Source: an uncultured Candidatus Saccharibacteria bacterium (lineage in GTDB: Bacteria; Patescibacteriota; Doudnabacteria; UBA920). Taken from it: a stretch of DNA of 55,032 nucleotides. Shown piece after piece: positions 47,527 through 55,032 of the stretch; positions within the stretch are counted from its first letter, which is position 1, and each line of letters opens with the position of its first letter. The notes beneath the pieces are model-generated. The model saw only the letters and a program-made list of their open reading frames with translations. It was not told the origin of the DNA and made no database searches. Made by a program: the position numbers and the translations under genes. The stretch lies in NCBI GenBank assembly GCA_964561085.1, contig CAZLNP010000002.1, forward strand, positions 1 to 55,032. The letters run 5' to 3'.

Positions 47527-48678
47527 ATGTTTTTCAACAAAAAGAAAAAACCAAAAATAGATCCTAAAGTTCGCTTCCAGAATAGGCAGTTTAATCAGAA
47601 GCTTCATGAAGCTAGAACTTTCAAGCGAACTGCCCGCCCGGTGCCTGAAGGTGGCTTTGAAAAGTTTTTACGAAAAATTGGCTTAGGTAGTCGTTGGACG
47701 CAAGTTTTTGTAGCGCTTATTTTCCTTGGAGCAGTTTATTTGGTTTATGCGCCAAACTTTTTATCTGTGCAAGCCATAAAAGTTGAAGGGCTTTCAGATG
47801 TAGAACGGGCTAAAGTTGAAACTGCCATTCAAGATGAATTGAATAAAACACCATTCTATAACCCCCAGCGGAATTTATTGTTCTTGAGCAAAAATCGAGT
47901 AATGGAAGTTATTTCTGCATTGCCTGGAATAGAAGCGATAGAAAACATCGACAAGCAATTTAAAGAAAAAACTTTAGTTGTCACTTTAAAACCAAAGTAC
48001 GAACTATTCTTGGTTAGAAGTAGTGACACAGTTTTCGATATATACAATGACGGTTTACTTAAGGGTCAGGCTGGCTTAAGTTATGACTCATGGTTAGGCG
48101 TTCAGAATCCCGGTATGATTAAGGTGGATTTAGGGGCAAAGTTATCTGGATTACCTCAAGATAATACTGAGTTTAAAAAATTTCTTACAGATGACACAGT
48201 AATCTACTTAAAGAGGGTTAACGAAGCCCTTAAAGGAATTGTTGGCTCCCCATTAGCGTATTTTAGCGTGCGCATTCCTGAGTTAAAAGAACAGCAAGAG
48301 TTTATAGAAGCGGCTCCTCCAACTACACCCGAAGAAGATTTAACTATTGAAGATGTGCCAGATGAATCATTGCCTGAGACTGAAATAGATCAACCTTTGC
48401 CCGATGTTGCAGAACAAGAGTCTCCGACATCAAACATAGAAGTTAGTTTACCAATCAATGCTGATGAATTAAATATTGTTTTGCAAAAAGGAACTAATCA
48501 AAGACGAACTTTCAATGTAATCGTGGATACAAAAGAAAACCCGGAACAGTTGGTACAGCGTTTAAATTTGCTGTTATCTCAAACTGCTCCGGATCGGTAT
48601 AATAATTTATTTTATATTGATTTGCGAATACAAACTCGAGCGTTTGTATGTCTAACTAGTTCACCTTGTATTCGGTAA
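47527..48678 (+). CDS. FtsQ/DivIB-like cell division protein with acidic insertion
   Basis: Basic N-terminus, single TM, POTRA-like (VQAIKVEG), C-terminal YIDLR. Confidence 0.65.
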   Translation: MFFNKKKKPKIDPKVRFQNRQFNQKLHEARTFKRTARPVPEGGFEKFLRKIGLGSRWTQVFVALIFLGAVYLVYAPNFLSVQAIKVEGLSDVERAKVETAIQDELNKTPFYNPQRNLLFLSKNRVMEVISALPGIEAIENIDKQFKEKTLVVTLKPKYELFLVRSSDTVFDIYNDGLLKGQAGLSYDSWLGVQNPGMIKVDLGAKLSGLPQDNTEFKKFLTDDTVIYLKRVNEALKGIVGSPLAYFSVRIPELKEQQEFIEAAPPTTPEEDLTIEDVPDESLPETEIDQPLPDVAEQESPTSNIEVSLPINADELNIVLQKGTNQRRTFNVIVDTKENPEQLVQRLNLLLSQTAPDRYNNLFYIDLRIQTRAFVCLTSSPCIR

Positions 48679-50224
48679 CAATAATCCAAGTTCCAACGTA
48701 AGGTCTTACGTCGGCAAAACCTTTTTCATCAATTTGAATCCAATTACTAGGAACTTCTGGCTTTGATCCACCAAAGCCATTTGTCCAAAGAAGCCAGACT
48801 GTATCTCCTTGTTTGGTGACATCAGAGAAATTTAACACCAAATCTTCATCAGTTAGAATTGCTGTGCCTGCAAAGTGAGGCAAGTCTTTAACGTAATTAT
48901 TATTTGTATATAGAAGTGGCTTAACAGAAGTGCGGTTATAGTACTTGTAATTAAAGAATTCAAAGCTGCTACCGACGTATAGTTTGTGCTGGGGTTCTAC
49001 GTTGGCTGTTAAGAACTCTGAAGCCTTAGCCATCCCTGGTTTAGTTTGAACTTGTAACTCATCCCAGTAATTCCAGATAGAGAAAATATTAGCTAGTAGA
49101 AGAATCGCCAATAGCAACATACCTATTTGGCGAATTTTAATTTTGCTTAAAAATAGAGCGACAATGATTAAGTAGAAGGAAGAGCAGAAGATGAAATAGC
49201 GTACTAAATAGACTGAGCTTGAATCACCTTGGATTTTAGCAATGATTGCAAAAAGAATAGCTCCAACGAAAGGTGCCAAAAATCCGGCTATTATGAGCCA
49301 CTTTTCAGTCTCTTGGTACTTCCAGATAACTCTGATGATTGCGTAAATAGTGAATAATGCAACCAATACAAACATCCACTGAGCAGGGTTAGGAAGACGT
49401 AGCAACAGGTCCCAAAGAGTGCTTGGGATGCTCCATCTATCCATTGGTGGAATCCAGTAGCCTGCACCAACTTGTTTAAACTGGAAAATAAATACTTTTA
49501 GCCATGGTAAGAATGAAACTAGAATCAGGATTCCCGAAAGAATAACCCAACCATATTTTTTAAATTCACTGCGGAAGTGAATGATGCAATACAAAACTGC
49601 ATAAGCACCCAAAGCCGCCACCATGAACAATAGGTAGTAGTGAGTGTAAATTAGAATCGCACTACAAATTACAAATAGCGCATAGTACTTGATAAATCGC
49701 TTCTTAAGCTCAGCGCGCAAGACTTCATTAGCGACTGTTGCATAGTGAAGTGTTTGAGTTCGTAGGGCTGCGCTTAGTGCAAATGCTGCAGCAATAGCAA
49801 AGAATGCCCCCATCGTGTACATACGCGCTTCAGTGACGTACTGTACTTGAAAAGGATTAACAGCGATTAATGCCGCTGCCATCAATGCTGTAGCTCTATT
49901 CTGGAAAACATATTTAACAAAATAGTATGTTACTACGATGGCACCGACTCCAAATAATACAGACATCCCACGTAGAGAGAACAACGAGTGACCAAAGACA
50001 TATGACCAAATTCTCAAGAAGACGTAGTACAACGGTGGGTGAACATCTAAACCGATGCGCGTTATCATCTCACTCCATGAGTATTTAATTAGTAAAGCGG
50101 AGAATGCTTCGTCATGCCAAAGTGAAATTGAGGTTAGGTGCCATAATCGAAATAGCAATCCGGCGATAGCTATTCCAACAAGCGCGAGATTACTTGAGAT
50201 ATGTAGTTTTATTTTCTGGAACAT
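48656..50224 (-). CDS. GT-C fold glycosyltransferase (GT39/ArnT/PMT-like)
   Basis: SLWHDE, DVHPPLYY, LR..SVLFG, EARMY, YTHYY; polytopic. Confidence 0.85.
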   Translation of the reverse strand: MFQKIKLHISSNLALVGIAIAGLLFRLWHLTSISLWHDEAFSALLIKYSWSEMITRIGLDVHPPLYYVFLRIWSYVFGHSLFSLRGMSVLFGVGAIVVTYYFVKYVFQNRATALMAAALIAVNPFQVQYVTEARMYTMGAFFAIAAAFALSAALRTQTLHYATVANEVLRAELKKRFIKYYALFVICSAILIYTHYYLLFMVAALGAYAVLYCIIHFRSEFKKYGWVILSGILILVSFLPWLKVFIFQFKQVGAGYWIPPMDRWSIPSTLWDLLLRLPNPAQWMFVLVALFTIYAIIRVIWKYQETEKWLIIAGFLAPFVGAILFAIIAKIQGDSSSVYLVRYFIFCSSFYLIIVALFLSKIKIRQIGMLLLAILLLANIFSIWNYWDELQVQTKPGMAKASEFLTANVEPQHKLYVGSSFEFFNYKYYNRTSVKPLLYTNNNYVKDLPHFAGTAILTDEDLVLNFSDVTKQGDTVWLLWTNGFGGSKPEVPSNWIQIDEKGFADVRPYVGTWIIVTEYKVN

Positions 50225-50225
50225 C

Positions 50226-51920
50226 TTATTCTTCTATGACATAAACTGCCATGATTGTTTGGTTAAATTTATTTCTTTGTTCAAAGCTCAAACGTGCTTC
50301 TGGGTGATATTGTTTAAACTTGTCGATATCAAATACACTTGTCTGTGTGAAAATGATTCTATCTCCAGGTTTTAATCCTTGTAGTTTCCAAGAATCTTCA
50401 GGATCTACTTGGGTGTAAGGATTGTTTCTTGGGTCCTCCGGGTTCCTTGCATCAAATGTAGTGAAGTATTCAACTGTTAGGAGAGAGAACTTGTCTAGAA
50501 CTAAGTAGGTATTTGATTTGTCACCTTTTTCTTTTAGGTATTCGCTAACAGGAGTTAGATCAGAACGGAACGCGAAGAAGTTTTCCGGACTTTGAGACGC
50601 GTATATAAAATAAACGATGTAGCTTTGTAGAATTAATGCAACAATGAACGCTACAGTTTTTAACCCAAATGAGAAGTTTAGGATTCTCTGCTGGGTTTCA
50701 GACAAAGTTGGCCAGTATTTGTTCACCACTTTAGACGCTGCGATCATCACCCAAGCTAAACCAACAACAGTAATGATAAATACAACAGGGATTGTACCGA
50801 TGGCACGAAGTCCATGGGGAATTCCTTCAGCAGTAGTGACTACTGGGATAAGCATTGCCCAGAACCAGCCAGCAAGTAAAAAGTACTTCCAATCCAGTTT
50901 GTTTTTTATAGGAGTGAAGATATATCTTGCAGCGAAATAGGTTACTCCTACTAATCCAACTGCAAAGAAAGGGGATACTATTAGAGAGACAAATGGCTCT
51001 CCTGAAACATTGTGACGCCAGTTTAGGTCGCCATCCCAGAAGTAGGCTCTAATGCTAGTTAAAGTTACTTCTATGAATGTGCCTATTAGGTTACCGTTGT
51101 TTAGGTCTGGGTTAAAGATTGAAACTTGGCCACTTCTTCCAATGAATGTTCCTGGGTGAGTGTAGAAATAGTAGATTAATGGGCTAATGAAAGCTGTGAA
51201 AGATAGTCCTGCTAATAGAGTTGGACCACAGAACTTTTTAATGTTTTGGAAGCGTGGGGTTTGCCAAATATCTACTAAGATTGGCCAAAGTACTGCCACA
51301 ATAACAAGCGGGACCATTATGCGGTATGCAATGTAGGAGTAGAATCCTAAAGCGAATAACGCGCCACTAACTGCCGCCCATAGATACCTTTTGCCGCGGG
51401 TCGTTGCCGATATAGCAAGGATTAAGAAGTAAAAAGTAAATGCTGTGAAGAGAGGAATTAGGTTGGCTCGAAAAGCTGTACGTGAAAGCACTGTGTGCCA
51501 ACTAGATACAGCCATAAAGAAGGCTGCCCATAAACCCATATTTGTCGGACTCATCATTTTTAATCCGCTGTTTGGATCGTCACTCTCTTTTCTGCGGAAG
51601 ACTTGGAAGAGTTTTCTTGTAACTAAGTAACAACCTAATACTGATAACACACCAACTAATGCAGAAACAATATGGTGTTGCCATGGACCTCGGCCAAATA
51701 TTTCAACGCTTGGCCAAAGCATATAGAAGAAGAGTGCTTCACGACCGTTATTGCCTTCGTAGAAGGGCTGTAAGTCGCCGCGCATCATTGAATTTACATC
51801 AATGCCGTTAGCCGCTTCGTCGGGGAAAAGTCCACCCGGCATTGCTGTAATTTGATAGAATCTAAAACCGATTGCCAGCAACATTATGCCGGCTAGTAGC
51901 CATTTTTGTTTTGGTGTCAT
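50226..51920 (-). CDS. GT-C fold glycosyltransferase (GT39/ArnT-like)
   Basis: GLFPDEA, SRTAFRA, YSYIAYR, PHGLR; polytopic. Confidence 0.82.
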   Translation of the reverse strand: MTPKQKWLLAGIMLLAIGFRFYQITAMPGGLFPDEAANGIDVNSMMRGDLQPFYEGNNGREALFFYMLWPSVEIFGRGPWQHHIVSALVGVLSVLGCYLVTRKLFQVFRRKESDDPNSGLKMMSPTNMGLWAAFFMAVSSWHTVLSRTAFRANLIPLFTAFTFYFLILAISATTRGKRYLWAAVSGALFALGFYSYIAYRIMVPLVIVAVLWPILVDIWQTPRFQNIKKFCGPTLLAGLSFTAFISPLIYYFYTHPGTFIGRSGQVSIFNPDLNNGNLIGTFIEVTLTSIRAYFWDGDLNWRHNVSGEPFVSLIVSPFFAVGLVGVTYFAARYIFTPIKNKLDWKYFLLAGWFWAMLIPVVTTAEGIPHGLRAIGTIPVVFIITVVGLAWVMIAASKVVNKYWPTLSETQQRILNFSFGLKTVAFIVALILQSYIVYFIYASQSPENFFAFRSDLTPVSEYLKEKGDKSNTYLVLDKFSLLTVEYFTTFDARNPEDPRNNPYTQVDPEDSWKLQGLKPGDRIIFTQTSVFDIDKFKQYHPEARLSFEQRNKFNQTIMAVYVIEE

Positions 51921-51954
51921 TTTTGTTATAATTGGTTTCTAACCGCTTTTAATT

Positions 51955-52284
51955 ATGCAATACGAAAGCCTAACTAAAAAGACTTGGATAGTTGCATTTG
52001 TTCTCTTTATTATAACACTTGTAGCTGTCTATTTCAAAATGCGCGGCGCTCCAGATAGCGTTGCTTTGCGTTATAATGTTATTGTTGGGGTTAACGAAAT
52101 TGGCAACAAGTATGAATTGTTAAAAATCCCTTTAACTGGACTTTTAATTGGCGGAGTTAACTTTGCCTTAACTAGATTACAAAAGTTTGATCGAAACCTT
52201 CTTCCTTTCCTGGCCGCATTGGTCTCTGTTCTAATAAATGTTTTTTTGTTTATCGCTGTTCTATTTCTCTTCAGGGTAAACTAA
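51955..52284 (+). CDS. Small hypothetical membrane protein (3 TM)
   Basis: P..VALRYN...GVN..G motif between TM1 and TM2. Confidence 0.65.
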   Translation: MQYESLTKKTWIVAFVLFIITLVAVYFKMRGAPDSVALRYNVIVGVNEIGNKYELLKIPLTGLLIGGVNFALTRLQKFDRNLLPFLAALVSVLINVFLFIAVLFLFRVN

Positions 52285-52300
52285 ATCCTTAATACTAACT

Positions 52301-53986
52301 ATGTTCCGCAAACGCACTAAGACAGAAAGATTTTGGGAAATATTACCGGGCTTATCAATTTGGTCGGTTTTTTTAGGTGCCATAATTTTATCTTTTACTA
52401 AGCCGGTATGGGCAGCAGTGTTCATCATTTGTTTTGATTTGTATTGGCTGTTGAAAGCCATGAACACATCTCTACACTTAATTTCTAGTTATAGAAGGTT
52501 TAGATCCTATGTAAAAATGGACTGGTTATTACTTGTGGAAATGTTGCACGATCGCGATAAGCTTTTTGATCACTATAAACACGCAGCTGCGCATTCGAAA
52601 AATTCTATTGAGCGCAAGTTCTATTCTACAGAAAAACAAAGAATTGAATCTTTGGTAGATAATAATGTTTTAGATAAACCATACACCGATTTCTACCATG
52701 TGATTGTAATTCCTTTTGTTGATGAATCTGAAGAGGTTTTAACTTCCACAGTGAACGCTTTAACAAACTCGCAGTATCCTCATGACAGGATGATTTTACT
52801 CTTGGCTTCCGAAGAAAGAGTAGGCGAGCCAGCCCAAGTTGTTGCCAGAAATATGCTTGCGAAGTTTGAGAGCAAGTTCCATAAAATGCTAATCACTGTT
52901 CACCCTGATGGGCTTCCAGGTGAGATTAAAGGTAAAAGTGCGAATGCTAGTTATGCCGTTGCCTCTATTTTGCCAGAGCTAGAAAGAATGGGTATTGCCG
53001 AAGAACAAGTGCTAATTTCTAACTTAGATAGCGACACCATTGTACATCCACAGTATTTTGCTCGAGTAATGTATGCGTTTTTAACTGCGGAAAAGCCATA
53101 CCGACATAGTTATCAGCCTATTGCTGTTTACAATAATAATATTTGGGATAGCCCTGCGTTCATTCGAGTTGTCTCTGTATCGAACTCTTTCTGGCAGTTC
53201 ACAGAGAGTTCACGCCCAGACCGTCTTCGCACTTTTGCATCACACACCATGACTCTAAAAGCGCTTCGTGAAGTTGGTTTCTGGAAAAAAGATATCATTA
53301 ACGAAGATGGTTATATTTTCTGGCAGTGCTATTTGCATTACAAAGGTGATTACGAAGTCGTTCCGTTGTTCATTCCAGTATCTTTAGATACTTGTTTGGC
53401 AGATACTTTCTGGCAGACTTTGAAAAATCAGTATAAGCAGAAGAAGCGTTGGGCATACAATGTTGAGTACTATCCAACTTTAGTTCCGGCATTACTTAAG
53501 AGTAAGGCACCGTTTTGGGATAGAATGTATAAGTTGTGGCAGTATGTAGAAGGGGACTTTAACTGGGCTGCAGCGAGTGTGCTAATTACTTTACTTGGTT
53601 GGCTTCCGTTGTTTATTGGTGGACCTGAATTTAAAGAAACGGTTATTGCTTACAACTTACCTCATGCAACTCGCACCTTGATGACTATTGCAACAGGTTT
53701 CTTAATTTTCAGCGTGTACATCAATTTAATTTTACTACCACCTCGTCCTAAGAAATACAGTGTTTGGCGTAGCGTTATGATGTATTTGCAATGGGTGTTG
53801 GTGCCGATTACTTCATTAGTATTCGGTAGTTTGCCTGCTATTGAAGCGCAAACCAGATTAATGTTTGGTTGGTACCTAGAATTCTTCGTGACCCCTAAGT
53901 CTCGTAAAGGTGCTGTGACCGCTATGGATATGGATGAAATGCAGGGATCCAAAAGAGTTCAAGATCATTCCACGAACAAGCTATAA
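52301..53986 (+). CDS. Family 2 glycosyltransferase, polytopic, processive-type motifs
   Basis: GKSAN, DSDT (DxD), QP, ED, QKKRW (QxxRW); TM helices at both ends. Confidence 0.85.
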   Translation: MFRKRTKTERFWEILPGLSIWSVFLGAIILSFTKPVWAAVFIICFDLYWLLKAMNTSLHLISSYRRFRSYVKMDWLLLVEMLHDRDKLFDHYKHAAAHSKNSIERKFYSTEKQRIESLVDNNVLDKPYTDFYHVIVIPFVDESEEVLTSTVNALTNSQYPHDRMILLLASEERVGEPAQVVARNMLAKFESKFHKMLITVHPDGLPGEIKGKSANASYAVASILPELERMGIAEEQVLISNLDSDTIVHPQYFARVMYAFLTAEKPYRHSYQPIAVYNNNIWDSPAFIRVVSVSNSFWQFTESSRPDRLRTFASHTMTLKALREVGFWKKDIINEDGYIFWQCYLHYKGDYEVVPLFIPVSLDTCLADTFWQTLKNQYKQKKRWAYNVEYYPTLVPALLKSKAPFWDRMYKLWQYVEGDFNWAAASVLITLLGWLPLFIGGPEFKETVIAYNLPHATRTLMTIATGFLIFSVYINLILLPPRPKKYSVWRSVMMYLQWVLVPITSLVFGSLPAIEAQTRLMFGWYLEFFVTPKSRKGAVTAMDMDEMQGSKRVQDHSTNKL

Positions 53987-53995
53987 AATAAAAAA

Positions 53996-55032
53996 ATGAC
54001 CTACGTTTTATATACACTTTTAGCTGTCGCGCTATCTTTACTGCTAACTCCTTTGATAAGAAAGTTTGCGTTTCGAGTTGGTGCAGTTGATGTACCACGC
54101 CCGCCACGTAATTTACACTCAAAGACTGTTGCTAAACTTGGTGGACTAGCTGTGTTCTTGGCTTTTGCTATTACGACTTTATTTTACGTAGGTACAAGTA
54201 ATCATTTCGATCCAAACATTATTCCTCTAAAGTTTATTTTAGCTTTGTTAGGTGGGGGAGCTGTGTTAATGCTTGGTGGTTTCTTGGATGATAAATACGA
54301 ACTACCACCTTACTTGCTTTGGATTTTCCCTGCCCTCGCTGCTTTGATTGTAGTTTTCTCTGGCATAGGAGTGGGCATTACATTTTTAAGCAATCCATTT
54401 GGAGGCACAATTAGTTTGGCTTTTAAAGTTATAGGTATTCCTGCGTCAGGTATATTTATTTTCTTGTGGCTAAATGGAATGATGTTCACTACAAAATTCT
54501 TAGATGGTCTCGATGGATTGGTTGCGGGAATTGGCGTAATTGCTGGATTAACTTTATTCGCTCTATCGCTTGGCGAAACTGTCAGCCAGCCTATTACTGC
54601 GAGCTTGGCAATAATTTTAGCGGGAAGCTTAATCGGGTATTTAGCTTATTCTTTTCATCCCGCGTCTATTTTCTTTGGAGAAGGCGGCAGTACTTTTGTT
54701 GGGTTTGTTTTAGGGACTCTGTCTGTAATTCTCGGTGGGAAAATTGCTACTGCATTGTTGGTAATGGGAATCCCTATTCTAGATGTAGCTTGGGTAATTG
54801 CTCAGAGATTGCTTTCTGGGAAGAGCCCTTTCAGGGGGGATAGATTACATATTCACTTTAAACTTTTAGACTTAGGCTTTACTCAAAAACAAACCGCTTT
54901 AATTCTGTACGGATTGTCAGCCGTCTTTGGGTTTACTGCAGTGTTCCTGCAGAGCATGGGCAAGTTAGTGGCTTTAGGAATTCTGTTTGGCATGATGGTG
55001 TTAATTATTTCTATTGTCTTAAGGCAATTTAG
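53996..55032 (+). CDS. WecA/TagO/MraY-family polyprenyl-phosphate sugar-1-phosphate transferase (3' partial, absent from the ORF track)
   Basis: ATG 53996; hand translation of segments gives MTYVLY...VDVP.P.RNLH...KLGGLA, GFLDDKY, KFLDGLDGL, IFFGEGGS, GDRLHIHF in one frame that is still open at the window end. Confidence 0.88.
   Translation, partial: MTYVLYTLLAVALSLLLTPLIRKFAFRVGAVDVPRPPRNLHSKTVAKLGGLAVFLAFAITTLFYVGTSNHFDPNIIPLKFILALLGGGAVLMLGGFLDDKYELPPYLLWIFPALAALIVVFSGIGVGITFLSNPFGGTISLAFKVIGIPASGIFIFLWLNGMMFTTKFLDGLDGLVAGIGVIAGLTLFALSLGETVSQPITASLAIILAGSLIGYLAYSFHPASIFFGEGGSTFVGFVLGTLSVILGGKIATALLVMGIPILDVAWVIAQRLLSGKSPFRGDRLHIHFKLLDLGFTQKQTALILYGLSAVFGFTAVFLQSMGKLVALGILFGMMVLIISIVLRQF

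Noticed and set aside
54466-54843. 125-aa ORF in the track
   Set aside because: Off-frame shadow of the WecA-like gene starting at 53996.

Overview
A gene-dense (code 11, TGA used as stop) chromosomal segment whose gene content and style (A-rich 5' UTRs mostly without Shine-Dalgarno motifs, many abutting or 1-nt overlapping ORFs, archaeal/eukaryote-type ProRS, a PrgI/VirB4 cluster without a visible relaxase) suggest a Patescibacteria/CPR bacterium; the taxon is inferred, not proven. Contents: (1) 1-9355, the 3' part of a T4SS-like cluster (VirB6-like, two Pro-rich proteins, PrgI, VirB4 partner, VirB4 ATPase, membrane protein, anchored beta-propeller); (2) radA, recG, comF, recX, clpC (with a CIRCE operator), htpX, lemA and an ECF sigma/anti-sigma pair between two near-identical tRNA-Ser genes; (3) gatCAB, miaA, holB-like, frr, rseP, proS, mreBCD-mrdA, folD, greA, lysS, serS, murF, ftsQ-like; (4) a glycosyltransferase cluster ending in a partial WecA/TagO-like gene that the ORF track missed. 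No CRISPR array, integrase, transposase or rRNA was seen. The most unusual signals are non-coding: a 72-nt alanine-identity tRNA-like RNA resembling a tmRNA tRNA-like domain without an mRNA domain, followed by a trailer complementary to its central arm (35499-35625); a leader-peptide attenuator with 1:2/2:3/3:4 pairings controlling a 71-aa Cys-containing protein (22528-23044); and several long intergenic hairpins with GAG...CGA cores. All folds were worked out by eye and all protein family calls are by motif recognition, with no database searches.
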